Source: Fibrobacterales bacterium (GTDB taxonomy: Bacteria; Fibrobacterota; Fibrobacteria; Fibrobacterales; JAOPTW01). From it: a stretch of 64,000 nucleotides of DNA. The stretch is from contig JAOPTW010000015.1 in the NCBI GenBank assembly GCA_051532035.1, positions 218,653 to 282,652 of the forward strand. Direction: 5' to 3'. A program made the translations under genes and the position numbers. Positions 40,577 through 50,833 of the stretch are shown here, one piece after another. A model generated the notes under the pieces. That model worked only from the letters and a program-made list of their open reading frames with translations, made no database searches and was not told the origin of the DNA. The first letter of the stretch is position 1. The number at the start of each line of letters is the position of its first letter.

Positions 40577-41659
40577 ATGGAATTTTGTAACCTGAAGGCA
40601 CAATATCATACCTATAAAAATGAGATAGACAATGCGATCGCCTCAGTTATTGATTCCACCCAATTTATTGGGGGTTCTCTAATTCAAGATTTTGAAAAAT
40701 CACTTTCCACATTTACTGGATCTCACGCAGTCACCTGTGCAAATGGTACTGATGCCCTGCAAATTGCACTCATAGCAGCAGGAGTAAAATCTGGAGATGA
40801 GGTTATCACCACTCCCTTTACTTTTATTGCTACCGCAGAGGTGATTGCCATCATTGGAGCAACCCCTATTTTTGTAGATGTTGACCCAGTAACCTTTAAC
40901 ATAGACCCTGTACGAATTGAATCGGTGATCACTGAAAAAACATCCGCTATTATTCCAGTAAGTCTCTTTGGACAGCCTTCAGACATGGATGCAATCAATA
41001 GCATTGCAAAAAAATACTCATTAGTGGTTATTGAAGATGGGGCTCAAAGCTTTGGCGCTCAATACAAAGGTGTTCGCAGTGGCAATCTCAGTCCTATAGC
41101 TACCACTAGTTTTTTTCCTGCAAAACCACTCGGCTGCTATGGAGATGGTGGTGCACTCTTTTGTCAAGATACTACTCTTATAAATCGAGTCAATCAAATA
41201 AAAAATCACGGACAGGCTCAACGATACCATCACTCCATAATTGGAATAAACAGTCGACTTGACACACTCCAAGCGGCAATTTTAAATGTAAAACTCAATC
41301 ATTATTCCGAAGAGCTCATACAGCGACAAAGAATTGCTGATTATTATACTGAATTGCTTCAGTCATACCCTGTCATTACACCCAAGCTCCCCGCTAACCG
41401 AACGTCAGCCTGGGCCCAATACACAATTCGGTCGTCAGAGCGCGACACCCTCAAAAAACGTCTCATGGATTCAGAAATACCTATTGCGGTTCACTACCCA
41501 ATACCACTTCATTTACAAGAAGCCTTTGCCTACTTAGGTCATACCCAAGGCGATTTCCCCATCGCAGAACAACTCAGTCAAGAAGTTTTAAGTCTTCCCA
41601 TGAGCGCTTTTATTACCCCTGCTGAGCAAGAACAAGTCATTAGTGCATTTGATAGGTAA
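40577..41659 (+). CDS. wbpE: DegT-family aminotransferase (WbpE/WlbC)
   Basis: NGTDAL, EDGAQSFG, SFFPAKPLGCYGDGG, NSRLDTLQAA. Confidence 0.85.
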   Translation: MEFCNLKAQYHTYKNEIDNAIASVIDSTQFIGGSLIQDFEKSLSTFTGSHAVTCANGTDALQIALIAAGVKSGDEVITTPFTFIATAEVIAIIGATPIFVDVDPVTFNIDPVRIESVITEKTSAIIPVSLFGQPSDMDAINSIAKKYSLVVIEDGAQSFGAQYKGVRSGNLSPIATTSFFPAKPLGCYGDGGALFCQDTTLINRVNQIKNHGQAQRYHHSIIGINSRLDTLQAAILNVKLNHYSEELIQRQRIADYYTELLQSYPVITPKLPANRTSAWAQYTIRSSERDTLKKRLMDSEIPIAVHYPIPLHLQEAFAYLGHTQGDFPIAEQLSQEVLSLPMSAFITPAEQEQVISAFDR

Positions 41660-41836
41660 GATCCCCCTTCCAATAACGAATCAATACCGCTCATCTTATA
41701 CCCACTGGTATGCTTCTTGATCAATAATTCACCAAGTTTTATCTGCTAATTTATCACAGAACATTCCCATCGTACTTATAAATTCCTATTATAGTACAAC
41801 CAATCCATATACACCTAAGCTTCTCGGCTATTTATT

Positions 41837-43081
41837 ATGCTTACCCAGTTTAAAGAGACATTTACAAAGATTAACCTCGCGAATAAAAACTCTGAGTTCA
41901 GGCAATACAGAGAGCGGCATAATCAGATATATGGTGTAATTATGGCATTTGTTGGCCTCACAATGGTGCTAGGCTTTCATTACCAAGATATTATTACCGA
42001 TCTTCCCAATAAATATGAGCTTCTCAAAACTAGGGTATTCGCAGCAACGGTGCTCGCTATAGTTGGGGTCTTGATCTATCGCAGCAAGTCAGCAGCCCGT
42101 ACCAATACCTATATTATGTCAGCTTTTTACATCACCACTTTTTTTATTGGGTATTGGACCAATCAATCGGGAGGTATCCATAACTCCTACTGGTATGGCA
42201 TTAACTTCATACTACTCTTTTGGCTTATGTTTATGCAGTTTCCCTACAAAAAGATTGTTTTCCATGGTGCACTCTATATTTTACTTTTCTGGATCATAAT
42301 TTTTAGTGTGGAGGTCAGTCCGGTTACAACTGAGCGTTTTATTGAGATCAATCTGCTCTTTTTAGGCACCCTCTTAATAGGGGCTACAAAATCTATCGTC
42401 ACTAACCTTGATTCCATTGAACTTTTTGAAAAACAGTCTACCCTTACCCAAGAAGTCCTGCGTACCGAAAGGCTCCTTCTGAATATTCTCCCTGATACAA
42501 TAGCACAAAAGCTCAAACAGAAAAGTCAAAAAATTGTTGAGACCCATGACCTTATAACGGTACTTTTCTCAGACCTTGTAGGATTTACCCGCCTCTCTCA
42601 AGAGCATCCTCCAGAACTAGTTGTCGCTATACTCAACTCCATTTTCTCAGGTTTTGATACTCTGTGCGAAAAGTATTCTCTTGAAAAAATAAAAACTATT
42701 GGTGACTGTTATATGGTTGTCGGTGGCGCACCTCAATATACAACCAGTCATACCGAACGCACACTCCTCCTTGCTCAAGAGATGCTTGATGTTGTTGCTC
42801 AGGTCAACATCGAGTATCAACTCTCCCTACAAATTAGAATTGGGATCCATACGGGCCCCGCAATCGCCGGGGTCATAGGAAAAAGAAAGTTCTCCTATGA
42901 TATTTGGGGAGCAACAGTAAACATCGCTAATAAACTTGAAAAATACAGTAAGCCAAACCAAATACTCGTATCCAAATCAGTCACTGAGCAGTGTAGTATT
43001 GGGTTTACCTATAGTGATGCCCACTCAATAAGTATCGACAGTGAAGACTCTATCGATACTTATTTTTTAGAGGTCGCGTAA
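41837..43081 (+). CDS. Membrane-anchored class III adenylate cyclase, subunit A
   Basis: About 6 hydrophobic segments, LLNILP, FSDLVGFT, KIKTIGD, YDIWG, VNIANKLE. Confidence 0.9.
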   Translation: MLTQFKETFTKINLANKNSEFRQYRERHNQIYGVIMAFVGLTMVLGFHYQDIITDLPNKYELLKTRVFAATVLAIVGVLIYRSKSAARTNTYIMSAFYITTFFIGYWTNQSGGIHNSYWYGINFILLFWLMFMQFPYKKIVFHGALYILLFWIIIFSVEVSPVTTERFIEINLLFLGTLLIGATKSIVTNLDSIELFEKQSTLTQEVLRTERLLLNILPDTIAQKLKQKSQKIVETHDLITVLFSDLVGFTRLSQEHPPELVVAILNSIFSGFDTLCEKYSLEKIKTIGDCYMVVGGAPQYTTSHTERTLLLAQEMLDVVAQVNIEYQLSLQIRIGIHTGPAIAGVIGKRKFSYDIWGATVNIANKLEKYSKPNQILVSKSVTEQCSIGFTYSDAHSISIDSEDSIDTYFLEVA

Positions 43082-44346
43082 TGATAGCGGCACTTGCACA
43101 AGCTTTTAAAGAGGTCAACAAATACAATCGGGACCAATCGTTTGCCCTTTACCGTGAACGTCACCTGAGATATTATGGTCTCGTTGTCACCATTGTTGCT
43201 ACAATGCTCATCATTGGCCTCCACATTCAAGAGTACCTTACCGAAGGTATGGATGCCGCAGTACTCCTTAATGTTCGCATCATTGGTGGTGCATGCTCTA
43301 TATTACTCACTATCGGGCTCTTACTCACCCGAAAACCTCGGTATACTAAGTTTTTTGTTTTTGCAGCATTTTACATTGCCGCCGTCTACTGCGCCTACCT
43401 CACCCATTACTCTGGCGGAATAGAAAGTTCCTATTGGTTCCGTATGAACCTCCTCATACTCTTTTGGACCCTTTTTATCCCTCTCAGTTATCGCACTATC
43501 ATTATTCACAGTTTTATCTACATGGCCATTTTTTGGATAGTTGTATGGCTCAACTCTAATTACTCCTTTTTTGCAGCGCGAGTACTCGAAATTAACAGCT
43601 TGCTCTGCGGATCAATTATCATTGGCTCAGTAAAATCACTTTCCACAAATATTGTTACTCAAAAAATTTACCTCAAACACTTCTCGATTGAAAACGAGAT
43701 TAAACGTTCTGACTCTCTTCTCTACAATGCCTTCCCCAAAAAAATTGCAAATCGGCTTAAGAATGGTGAAAAAAACATTGTAAACAGCTTTGATGATGTC
43801 AGCGTCATGTTTGCCAACCTTTCAGGGTTCACAAAACTCACTCGTGAACGTCAGCCATCCCAAGTAGTAAATCTTCTCGATACTTTCTTTACTGACCTTG
43901 ACGAACTCTGTGAAACCCATGGACTCGAAAAAATTAAAACCATTGGCGACTCATACATGGTTATTGGAGGAGGCCCCCTTCCTGCTAAAGATCACTTAGA
44001 ACGCTGCATTAGCTTTGGTAGGGATGTATTGAAATATGTTGAGAGCCTCAATAAAGAGTTTAAAACAGACCTCGGAATACGAATTGGTATCGACACCGGT
44101 AGTGCTATTGCCGGTATTATTGGCACCCACAAATATACCTATGATTTTTGGGGTACCACCATCAATACGGCCAGTCGAATGGAGTCTCATGGTGTACGGA
44201 ACCGCATTCAAGTGACCCAGTCCGTCGTAAACAAAACGAAAAAGATCTTTGCATACAGCCCTCGGGGATATATCCCTATTAAAAATAGAGAGAGTATGAA
44301 AGCATGGCTCCTTGAAGGACTTGTACCCACTGAGATAACCACTTAA
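43081..44346 (+). CDS. Membrane-anchored class III adenylate cyclase, subunit B
   Basis: About 6 hydrophobic segments, FANLSGFT, KIKTIGD, YDFWG, INTASRMES; TAATG coupling to subunit A. Confidence 0.9.
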   Translation: MIAALAQAFKEVNKYNRDQSFALYRERHLRYYGLVVTIVATMLIIGLHIQEYLTEGMDAAVLLNVRIIGGACSILLTIGLLLTRKPRYTKFFVFAAFYIAAVYCAYLTHYSGGIESSYWFRMNLLILFWTLFIPLSYRTIIIHSFIYMAIFWIVVWLNSNYSFFAARVLEINSLLCGSIIIGSVKSLSTNIVTQKIYLKHFSIENEIKRSDSLLYNAFPKKIANRLKNGEKNIVNSFDDVSVMFANLSGFTKLTRERQPSQVVNLLDTFFTDLDELCETHGLEKIKTIGDSYMVIGGGPLPAKDHLERCISFGRDVLKYVESLNKEFKTDLGIRIGIDTGSAIAGIIGTHKYTYDFWGTTINTASRMESHGVRNRIQVTQSVVNKTKKIFAYSPRGYIPIKNRESMKAWLLEGLVPTEITT

Positions 44347-44447
44347 GTACACCTCTCAGAGTTTCTTAACTACTTGAACAAAAAAAGGAACCTCTATTGA
44401 AGTTCCTTAGTAATTATGTTTTTTTGTTTTGAAACACCGGGTATCTA

Positions 44448-45287
44448 TTAAAAACCGAAGTACTCTAACATTAATGAAACCCTTGCTTTCATCTCATTTC
44501 GAGGAGTGATAAAGTCAAGAAATCCTTTTTTCTCTACAAATTCTGCTGATTGAAATCCTTCAGGGAGATTCTGCATAATAGTCTCACGAATAACTCGTGC
44601 ACCAGCAAATCCAATAAGTGCTCCAGGTTCAGCAATATTAATATCACCAAGCATTGCGAAAGAAGCAGTAACACCACCCGTTGTTGGATTGGTACATACT
44701 GACACAAAAGGAAGTTTTTGTTCATTCATACGAGCAAGAAATGCTGATGTTTTTGCCATCTGCATCAAAGAGAGCGCTCCCTCTTGCATACGCGCGCCAC
44801 CAGAAGCAGAAAGAATAATTGCAGGAGTCTTAAGTTCAAGAGCTTTTTTAAATACACGAGCGATCTTCTCGCCTTCGACAGATCCCATTGAGCCGCCAAC
44901 AAAAGCGAAGTCCATAACACCAATTGCAACCTTACTGCCGTTCATTTCACCGACACCAGAAACAACCCCATTTTTACGGCCTGTCTTAGTCATGGCATTA
45001 TTTAAACTATCTCTATATTTTTTCTTAGCATTAAATTTTAACGGATCATTCGCTTCAAGATTTTCGTCCATCTCAAAGAACGTCCCTTCATCAATTAAGA
45101 TATTGATATATTCCATTGCTGGAATTTTAAAATGATAAGAGCAGTTAGGACATACTGATGCTGTTTTCTCGAGTTCTTTTTTATAGACTACTTCTTTACA
45201 ATCATCACATTTTAACCAGAGATTTGTAGGGGTATCCCGTTTTTCTGTGGTTGCTACACCTGACTTTGATCGTTTAAACCATTCCAT
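44448..45287 (-). CDS. accD: Acetyl-CoA carboxylase carboxyltransferase beta subunit
   Basis: Zn finger CDDC..CPNC, GGSMG, SGGARMQEG, PTTGGV.ASFA. Confidence 0.95.
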   Translation of the reverse strand: MEWFKRSKSGVATTEKRDTPTNLWLKCDDCKEVVYKKELEKTASVCPNCSYHFKIPAMEYINILIDEGTFFEMDENLEANDPLKFNAKKKYRDSLNNAMTKTGRKNGVVSGVGEMNGSKVAIGVMDFAFVGGSMGSVEGEKIARVFKKALELKTPAIILSASGGARMQEGALSLMQMAKTSAFLARMNEQKLPFVSVCTNPTTGGVTASFAMLGDINIAEPGALIGFAGARVIRETIMQNLPEGFQSAEFVEKKGFLDFITPRNEMKARVSLMLEYFGF

Positions 45288-45363
45288 GAAGAGTTCCTTA
45301 ATTTATTGCAGAGTAAAAGTAATAAAAACCCCCAATTGTTCCCACAACTCGGGGCAAATTGCA

Positions 45364-46731
45364 CTATTTTAGACGTTTTTCAGCCTCTTTTAGCTGATTT
45401 TCGACAGATTTCTCACCAGTCCCACCCGCTATATTTCTTCGATTAACCGAAAACTTATAGGTTATTTTGGCTCGTGTCTCTGCTGCATTAGGTACATCTT
45501 TCCAATCTTCATCTGAAAGGTCTAAAAATGAGCAGCCTGCCTTAACTGATTTTCCAATGAGCGTCCCTACAATATGATGGGCGTCTCTGAACGGAATTTC
45601 AGCTTCAACTAATAGATCCGCCAAGTCAGTAGCAAGGAGCGCTGGATCCATCTTCTTATACATCGTTTCAAAATTCCACGTAGCAGTCTTAAGAGCCCCT
45701 TCCATCACCTCTAAAATAACTTTGATCTGTTGCACTGAATCAAACACAGGGAGTTTATCTTCTTGAAGGTCCCGCGAATAACACAGTGGCGCACCTTTAA
45801 CAATAGAAAGGAGTGCCTGAAGGTTTCCAAAAAGTCGTCCCGCTTTACCTCGTATAAGCTCCATCGAATCGGGGTTTTTCTTTTGAGGCATAATACTACT
45901 CCCCGATGAAAATGCATCGTGAAGAGTAAGAAATCCAAATTCGACTGTAGACCAGGTCACAAAATCTTCTGCATAGCGACTCAACGTTGACCCGATTATC
46001 GATATATTCGAGACCAACTCAAGCGCAGAATCTCTATGTGTCGTCGCATCAATAGAGTTTTTAGAGATTTCAGGGAATCCCAGTTTTTGAGCAACGAGCT
46101 CACGTTCGTAAGGAAATGCCGAACCTGCAAGTGCGCCAGACCCGAGCGGGAGTTCATTGTGGAGCTCAAGAAAATTTTGAAATCGTTTTTTATCTCTATC
46201 GAGTACCCAAAAGAGCGAGAGAATATAATGAGAAAAAAGTATTGGTTGCGCCTGCTGTACATGAGTGTACCCCGGCATAATCTCATCTTTATAATCCGAA
46301 GCAATTGCAAATACTGTTTGTTGTAATGAAGCAATAAGCTCTATAATTTCGACAACTCGGTTTCTCTGATAGAGTTTGAAGTCGGTTTGCACCTGATCAT
46401 TACGACTCCGACCTGTATGAATTTTTTTCCCGAGATTCCCAATACGTTCGGTAAGAATTCGTTCTACCGCCATATGCACATCTTCATCATTTTCATTAAA
46501 GAGGTCTTTACCTGCCACTATATCGGCATAGACCTGATCGATATTTTTCTCAATAATTTCCAACTCATCTTTTGTAAGAACCCCTGATTGTACCAAACCA
46601 GAGCAGTGAGCTTTTGTCCCTTCAACATCTTCATACACCATGGTTAAGTCAGATTCAAGAGAGAAACTGAGTGCTTCCATTGATTTTGCCATTGACGCTT
46701 CAAAGCGTCCTTCCCACATTTTTTCTTTCAT
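45364..46731 (-). CDS. argH: Argininosuccinate lyase
   Basis: HTGRSRNDQ, PGYTH.Q.AQP, GSSIMPQKKNPD. Confidence 0.95.
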   Translation of the reverse strand: MKEKMWEGRFEASMAKSMEALSFSLESDLTMVYEDVEGTKAHCSGLVQSGVLTKDELEIIEKNIDQVYADIVAGKDLFNENDEDVHMAVERILTERIGNLGKKIHTGRSRNDQVQTDFKLYQRNRVVEIIELIASLQQTVFAIASDYKDEIMPGYTHVQQAQPILFSHYILSLFWVLDRDKKRFQNFLELHNELPLGSGALAGSAFPYERELVAQKLGFPEISKNSIDATTHRDSALELVSNISIIGSTLSRYAEDFVTWSTVEFGFLTLHDAFSSGSSIMPQKKNPDSMELIRGKAGRLFGNLQALLSIVKGAPLCYSRDLQEDKLPVFDSVQQIKVILEVMEGALKTATWNFETMYKKMDPALLATDLADLLVEAEIPFRDAHHIVGTLIGKSVKAGCSFLDLSDEDWKDVPNAAETRAKITYKFSVNRRNIAGGTGEKSVENQLKEAEKRLK

Positions 46732-46739
46732 AGGTTCCT

Positions 46740-48440
46740 CTAAATTTCTATTGCTATGAGCTGTAGTTGAATAGTTCGTCTACCACGAAACCTATTCCAG
46801 GTTACGGAGTAGGCAATCGCACTAGCATGCCCCACATCATTTAAGGTTTCACACAGATGGCCAAGTCCAAATCCAATACAGGGTATTGAAACTCCTCTCT
46901 GCGACAGTTCTATTTTTAGGTGACTTTCACCAACCACTCGGCACTCATAGCCCACACTCACATTTTTACTATAAAAGAGCGGTAGCGCATTATCAGTACC
47001 AAAGGGTTCAAAGCGCTGTAACCAACGCATAGTCTCTTCATTTATTTCATCAAAGGTGAGGGAGACATGAGGCTTAATATAATTAAACTCGGGTGTCGTT
47101 AAGGCCGCCTCACTTGCACACTCATTCACAGAACGCCTAAAGGCTTCTAAGTTTTCACGCTTAATTGAATATCCCGCAGCCATTTTATGGCCACCCCATC
47201 TTTCAAGAAGGTCTTTTGACTTTTCGAGGGCCTGATGCCAATCAAATTCTCCAATACTCCGCGCTGACGCCACTGCAACACCATCATCACCTATAGATAG
47301 TACACTTACCGGGCGGTTAAATCGATTAACTAATTTTATCGCTGCAATACCCAATACGCCCTGGGCCCATTGTTCTCCCCACACCACCAACACTTTTGCA
47401 TCGATCAATTCTGGGTTCCCCTCAACTTGTGCAATAGCTTCTTCGGTTACCTGTTGGTCCAAAGAGCGACGAAGGGCGCTATCTGTTTTAAGCTGAGCCA
47501 TTAGACTCTGAGCTTCAGCAGCTGTTTCACTTATCAACAGTTCTAATGCTTTATCTGGTTTTCCTACTCGACCTGCAGCATTTATCAAGGGGGTCACTTT
47601 ATAGAGGAGATCTTTACTACTCGGATACTCAGCATCAAGAGCGGCCTCGGCAACCAGTGCCGCCACCCCAGGAAAAGAAGAATTAAACATTTGACGCATA
47701 CCGTGTTTAATAAATATGCGATTTTCTCCAAGGACCGAGACCATATCAGCCAAAGTTCCAAGTGCAACAAATTCTAGATACTTATCAAGGCCTGCAATAT
47801 TGAGTTTATCAGCGACACACGTTAAGAGTTTATAGGCAACTCCAACCCCAGAAAGGTGATTAAAAGGATAAGAGCAGATAGATTTATGAGGATTAACGAC
47901 CGCATCAACATCAGGAGATTCATCTCCCTCTTGGTGGTGATCAAGGACCACAACCTTCATACCTAAATTTTTGGCAAAGGCCAATTCATCATAGGCAGTA
48001 ATTCCAGTATCTACGGTGACAATAGTCCGAGCGCCTTCATCATAGAGCTTTTGAATATTGGGGATAGATACCCCATACCCATCAGAAAACCTATTGGGTA
48101 AATACCAAGTAATATTAGAAAAGCCACACTCTTTGAGTCCCCGAAAAAGAAGGGCGGTACCAGTAATACCATCGACATCATAATCCCCGTGAATCGCTAT
48201 ACGGCTCCCCTCTTCGAGCGCCTCCATCACAACCGCTACTGCTTTATCCATATCATGAAGCAGATAAGAATCATAGGGCTCATTTTGCGCTGCAAGAAAA
48301 AAGGAGCGGGCAGCTTCGGTATCGGTAATTTTAAAAGCAGTCAAGAGCTGTGCAACAAACAAAGGCGCTTTCATCGCTCCGGCAAAACTAACAATCGTCT
48401 CATCACGAACGGCTTCAGGTTTAACTATTTTTTCAATCAA
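46740..48440 (-). CDS. recJ: ssDNA exonuclease RecJ
   Basis: GDYDVDG, VDTG, DHH, INAAGR, GGH.MAAG, EPFG..N. Confidence 0.93.
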   Translation of the reverse strand: MIEKIVKPEAVRDETIVSFAGAMKAPLFVAQLLTAFKITDTEAARSFFLAAQNEPYDSYLLHDMDKAVAVVMEALEEGSRIAIHGDYDVDGITGTALLFRGLKECGFSNITWYLPNRFSDGYGVSIPNIQKLYDEGARTIVTVDTGITAYDELAFAKNLGMKVVVLDHHQEGDESPDVDAVVNPHKSICSYPFNHLSGVGVAYKLLTCVADKLNIAGLDKYLEFVALGTLADMVSVLGENRIFIKHGMRQMFNSSFPGVAALVAEAALDAEYPSSKDLLYKVTPLINAAGRVGKPDKALELLISETAAEAQSLMAQLKTDSALRRSLDQQVTEEAIAQVEGNPELIDAKVLVVWGEQWAQGVLGIAAIKLVNRFNRPVSVLSIGDDGVAVASARSIGEFDWHQALEKSKDLLERWGGHKMAAGYSIKRENLEAFRRSVNECASEAALTTPEFNYIKPHVSLTFDEINEETMRWLQRFEPFGTDNALPLFYSKNVSVGYECRVVGESHLKIELSQRGVSIPCIGFGLGHLCETLNDVGHASAIAYSVTWNRFRGRRTIQLQLIAIEI

Positions 48441-48451
48441 CTCGTATTCCT

Positions 48452-49540
48452 CTATACCAAATCAAGACCCAGACTCCCGAGTACAAACGTAGGGTTTGCA
48501 TTACTAAAAAGTCTGTGTCTGTAGTGTATTACTTGCGACATCGCTTTCTGAATAGCTTCTTGATTTGGAAAGCTTTCAACAATTGCACTGAGCTCATCCC
48601 GAATATCACTGTTACGAACTGAGTGAGCGAGATCATTTGATTGTATCAGAAAAAGATCGTGTAGCAGTATATACAAAAAATCACAATGCGATAGACTCTT
48701 CTCCTCATCATATTTAAGGGCTTGAACCTGTTTTAACAATTGTGGAAACCGACCAGATGCGGCATCTTTAAGATAAGAAAGAGCCTCTTTACGAATACTT
48801 TTATAGTCACCTGCAATCAGTGCCATCGCTTGGCCAGGGGCACCATTTGACAAATTACAGAGGAGCTCTCGATCATCGACCTCATACTCAAACTGAGCAA
48901 GAACCCGCTCCATCTCATCTTGATCCATTGAGGGGACACGTACCTGGAGGCACCGAGACAGAATAGTGGGTAATATTGTTGCTCTACTCGATGTAGTCAG
49001 TATGAAGTAACAATTGTTGGGTACTTCTTCGAGTACTTTAAGAAGTGCATTGGTGGCGCTCTTATTCATTTTATCCGCTTCGGGAATAAAGAGCACCCGA
49101 TTCTCTTTATCTTTGTAAGAAAGTTGGCCTTTAAGTTCTCGCACCATTGGTACCCCAATATATGACTTAGGCGAGATAATACTTATATCGTAAGGGTTTT
49201 CTATAAAATGGGGAACTACCCGGCGTATCGCATCATTGCGATGCTGTGGATTATTAAAGTCTTCACTGCTACTTTTCTTAATAATGGGGGGAAGCCAAAT
49301 AAAGTTTGGCCCCTCTTCTTTTTTGGCACATTGACAATTAAAACACGTTCCACAAGGCCGCACCTCGGGGTCAGTACACTTTAAAATAGTCCCAAGCTTA
49401 AGAGCAAGGGCCTTTTTACCAACACCTGGTTTACCTTCAATCAAAATAGCTTGGGGAAAACTTCCACTCACTAATGCGTGGTGTAAGGTCCCCCACACTT
49501 CTGTTTGATTTTTAGTAATATCAACTTCAATTTTCATCAC
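48452..49540 (-). CDS. holB: DNA polymerase III delta' subunit
   Basis: G.PGVGK, PCGTCFNC, NALLKVLEE, LPTILSRC. Confidence 0.85.
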   Translation of the reverse strand: MMKIEVDITKNQTEVWGTLHHALVSGSFPQAILIEGKPGVGKKALALKLGTILKCTDPEVRPCGTCFNCQCAKKEEGPNFIWLPPIIKKSSSEDFNNPQHRNDAIRRVVPHFIENPYDISIISPKSYIGVPMVRELKGQLSYKDKENRVLFIPEADKMNKSATNALLKVLEEVPNNCYFILTTSSRATILPTILSRCLQVRVPSMDQDEMERVLAQFEYEVDDRELLCNLSNGAPGQAMALIAGDYKSIRKEALSYLKDAASGRFPQLLKQVQALKYDEEKSLSHCDFLYILLHDLFLIQSNDLAHSVRNSDIRDELSAIVESFPNQEAIQKAMSQVIHYRHRLFSNANPTFVLGSLGLDLV

Positions 49541-50833
49541 TTACCTGCGGGCACTCTTGAGCCACTGCATGGGATCTATATTTTTGACCCCTTTATTAAT
49601 TTGAAAAAAGAGCTTCGGTCCATTATATGAATCCTCATCTCCGATACTTCCAATTTCTTGACAGACAGATAATTTCTGTCCACTTCTCACTGACACCGTA
49701 TTCAAGTGCCCATATACCGAATAAAAAGATGCCCCGTGATCTATGACAATTCCCGTTCCATGACCGGGTAGTTTACCGACCATCACCACTTCACCCGAAG
49801 TGACACTTTTTACAGGAGTTCCCAATTTACCGGCAATCTCAATACCCAAATTACGGGTTTTCGTCTTAATTTTGGGGTCAATATGGATCCCATATTTAGA
49901 AATTATCTTACCGGTTACGGGCCAGCATTTGCGATTATTTACTTTTTCAACACGTTCTTTCTCGGCTAAATCACGCCTCAACTTCTTTTTAAGCTCTGTC
50001 ACCTTTTTCTTATTTTTCATTTTTTCGGCACGAGCAATCTCTTTCTTCCGTTTTTCCGCTCGCTTCTGAGCCTTTCTTTTCGCTTCAGCTATCCGTCTCT
50101 GACGTTTTTTCTCTAGTTTCTGGACAATTTTAGTGATTAACCGCTGATTATCTTCAAATTCTTTCAATATCTTCTCTTGAAACTCTCGGTCACTCTGAAT
50201 TGCATCTAAAGAGCTTTTTTGCTCTTTCTGCTGTTCTAGTAGCTCATCAAAGGCATTTTTCTGTTCTGATGCAGCCATTTCTATTTCGCTCAATCGACCA
50301 GTCAATTTCTCACGATTCTCGTGAAGCTCATCTTGAGACTGAATATATTTCCGAATCATCTCTTTATCATACCCAACAACCCTGCTCATGTAGTACCAGT
50401 TCTCAAAGAGGTCTGTCGATGATTTACCTCGTAAAAAGAGTTCCCAAAAGCCTGGTTCTCCCTTTTTATACATGGCGCGCAACCGCTTTTCAAGCAACTT
50501 TTTTTGATGAGCAATACTGATTGTTATAGAATCTATTGTGGTCTCAGTCTCATAAAGAGAAAAGTTGAGGAGCCGTTCTTTGTCCTTTAATTTCTGAATG
50601 AGAAGTTCATTGCGGTAGATACTCTGCCCAAGAAGCGTGATCTCTTGAAGCACCCCTTTCTCTCTCTTTTTAGCATCAGCAATCTCAGCCTTTTTCTGTG
50701 TAAGCTCTTTTTGAATGAGAGCGAGCTCTTTTTTACGTCGTTCAATATCTCGATCAAGGCGAGTTGATCCACCCTGAATACTCCCCACAAACAGCAGGAG
50801 TACTGATATCCCAATGATAACTGACTTACTCAT
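49541..50833 (-). CDS. envC: EnvC-like murein hydrolase activator (coiled coil + degenerate M23 domain)
   Basis: Signal peptide, long coiled coil, WPVTG, NLGIEI, YGHL; directly downstream of ftsX. Confidence 0.8.
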   Translation of the reverse strand: MSKSVIIGISVLLLFVGSIQGGSTRLDRDIERRKKELALIQKELTQKKAEIADAKKREKGVLQEITLLGQSIYRNELLIQKLKDKERLLNFSLYETETTIDSITISIAHQKKLLEKRLRAMYKKGEPGFWELFLRGKSSTDLFENWYYMSRVVGYDKEMIRKYIQSQDELHENREKLTGRLSEIEMAASEQKNAFDELLEQQKEQKSSLDAIQSDREFQEKILKEFEDNQRLITKIVQKLEKKRQRRIAEAKRKAQKRAEKRKKEIARAEKMKNKKKVTELKKKLRRDLAEKERVEKVNNRKCWPVTGKIISKYGIHIDPKIKTKTRNLGIEIAGKLGTPVKSVTSGEVVMVGKLPGHGTGIVIDHGASFYSVYGHLNTVSVRSGQKLSVCQEIGSIGDEDSYNGPKLFFQINKGVKNIDPMQWLKSARR

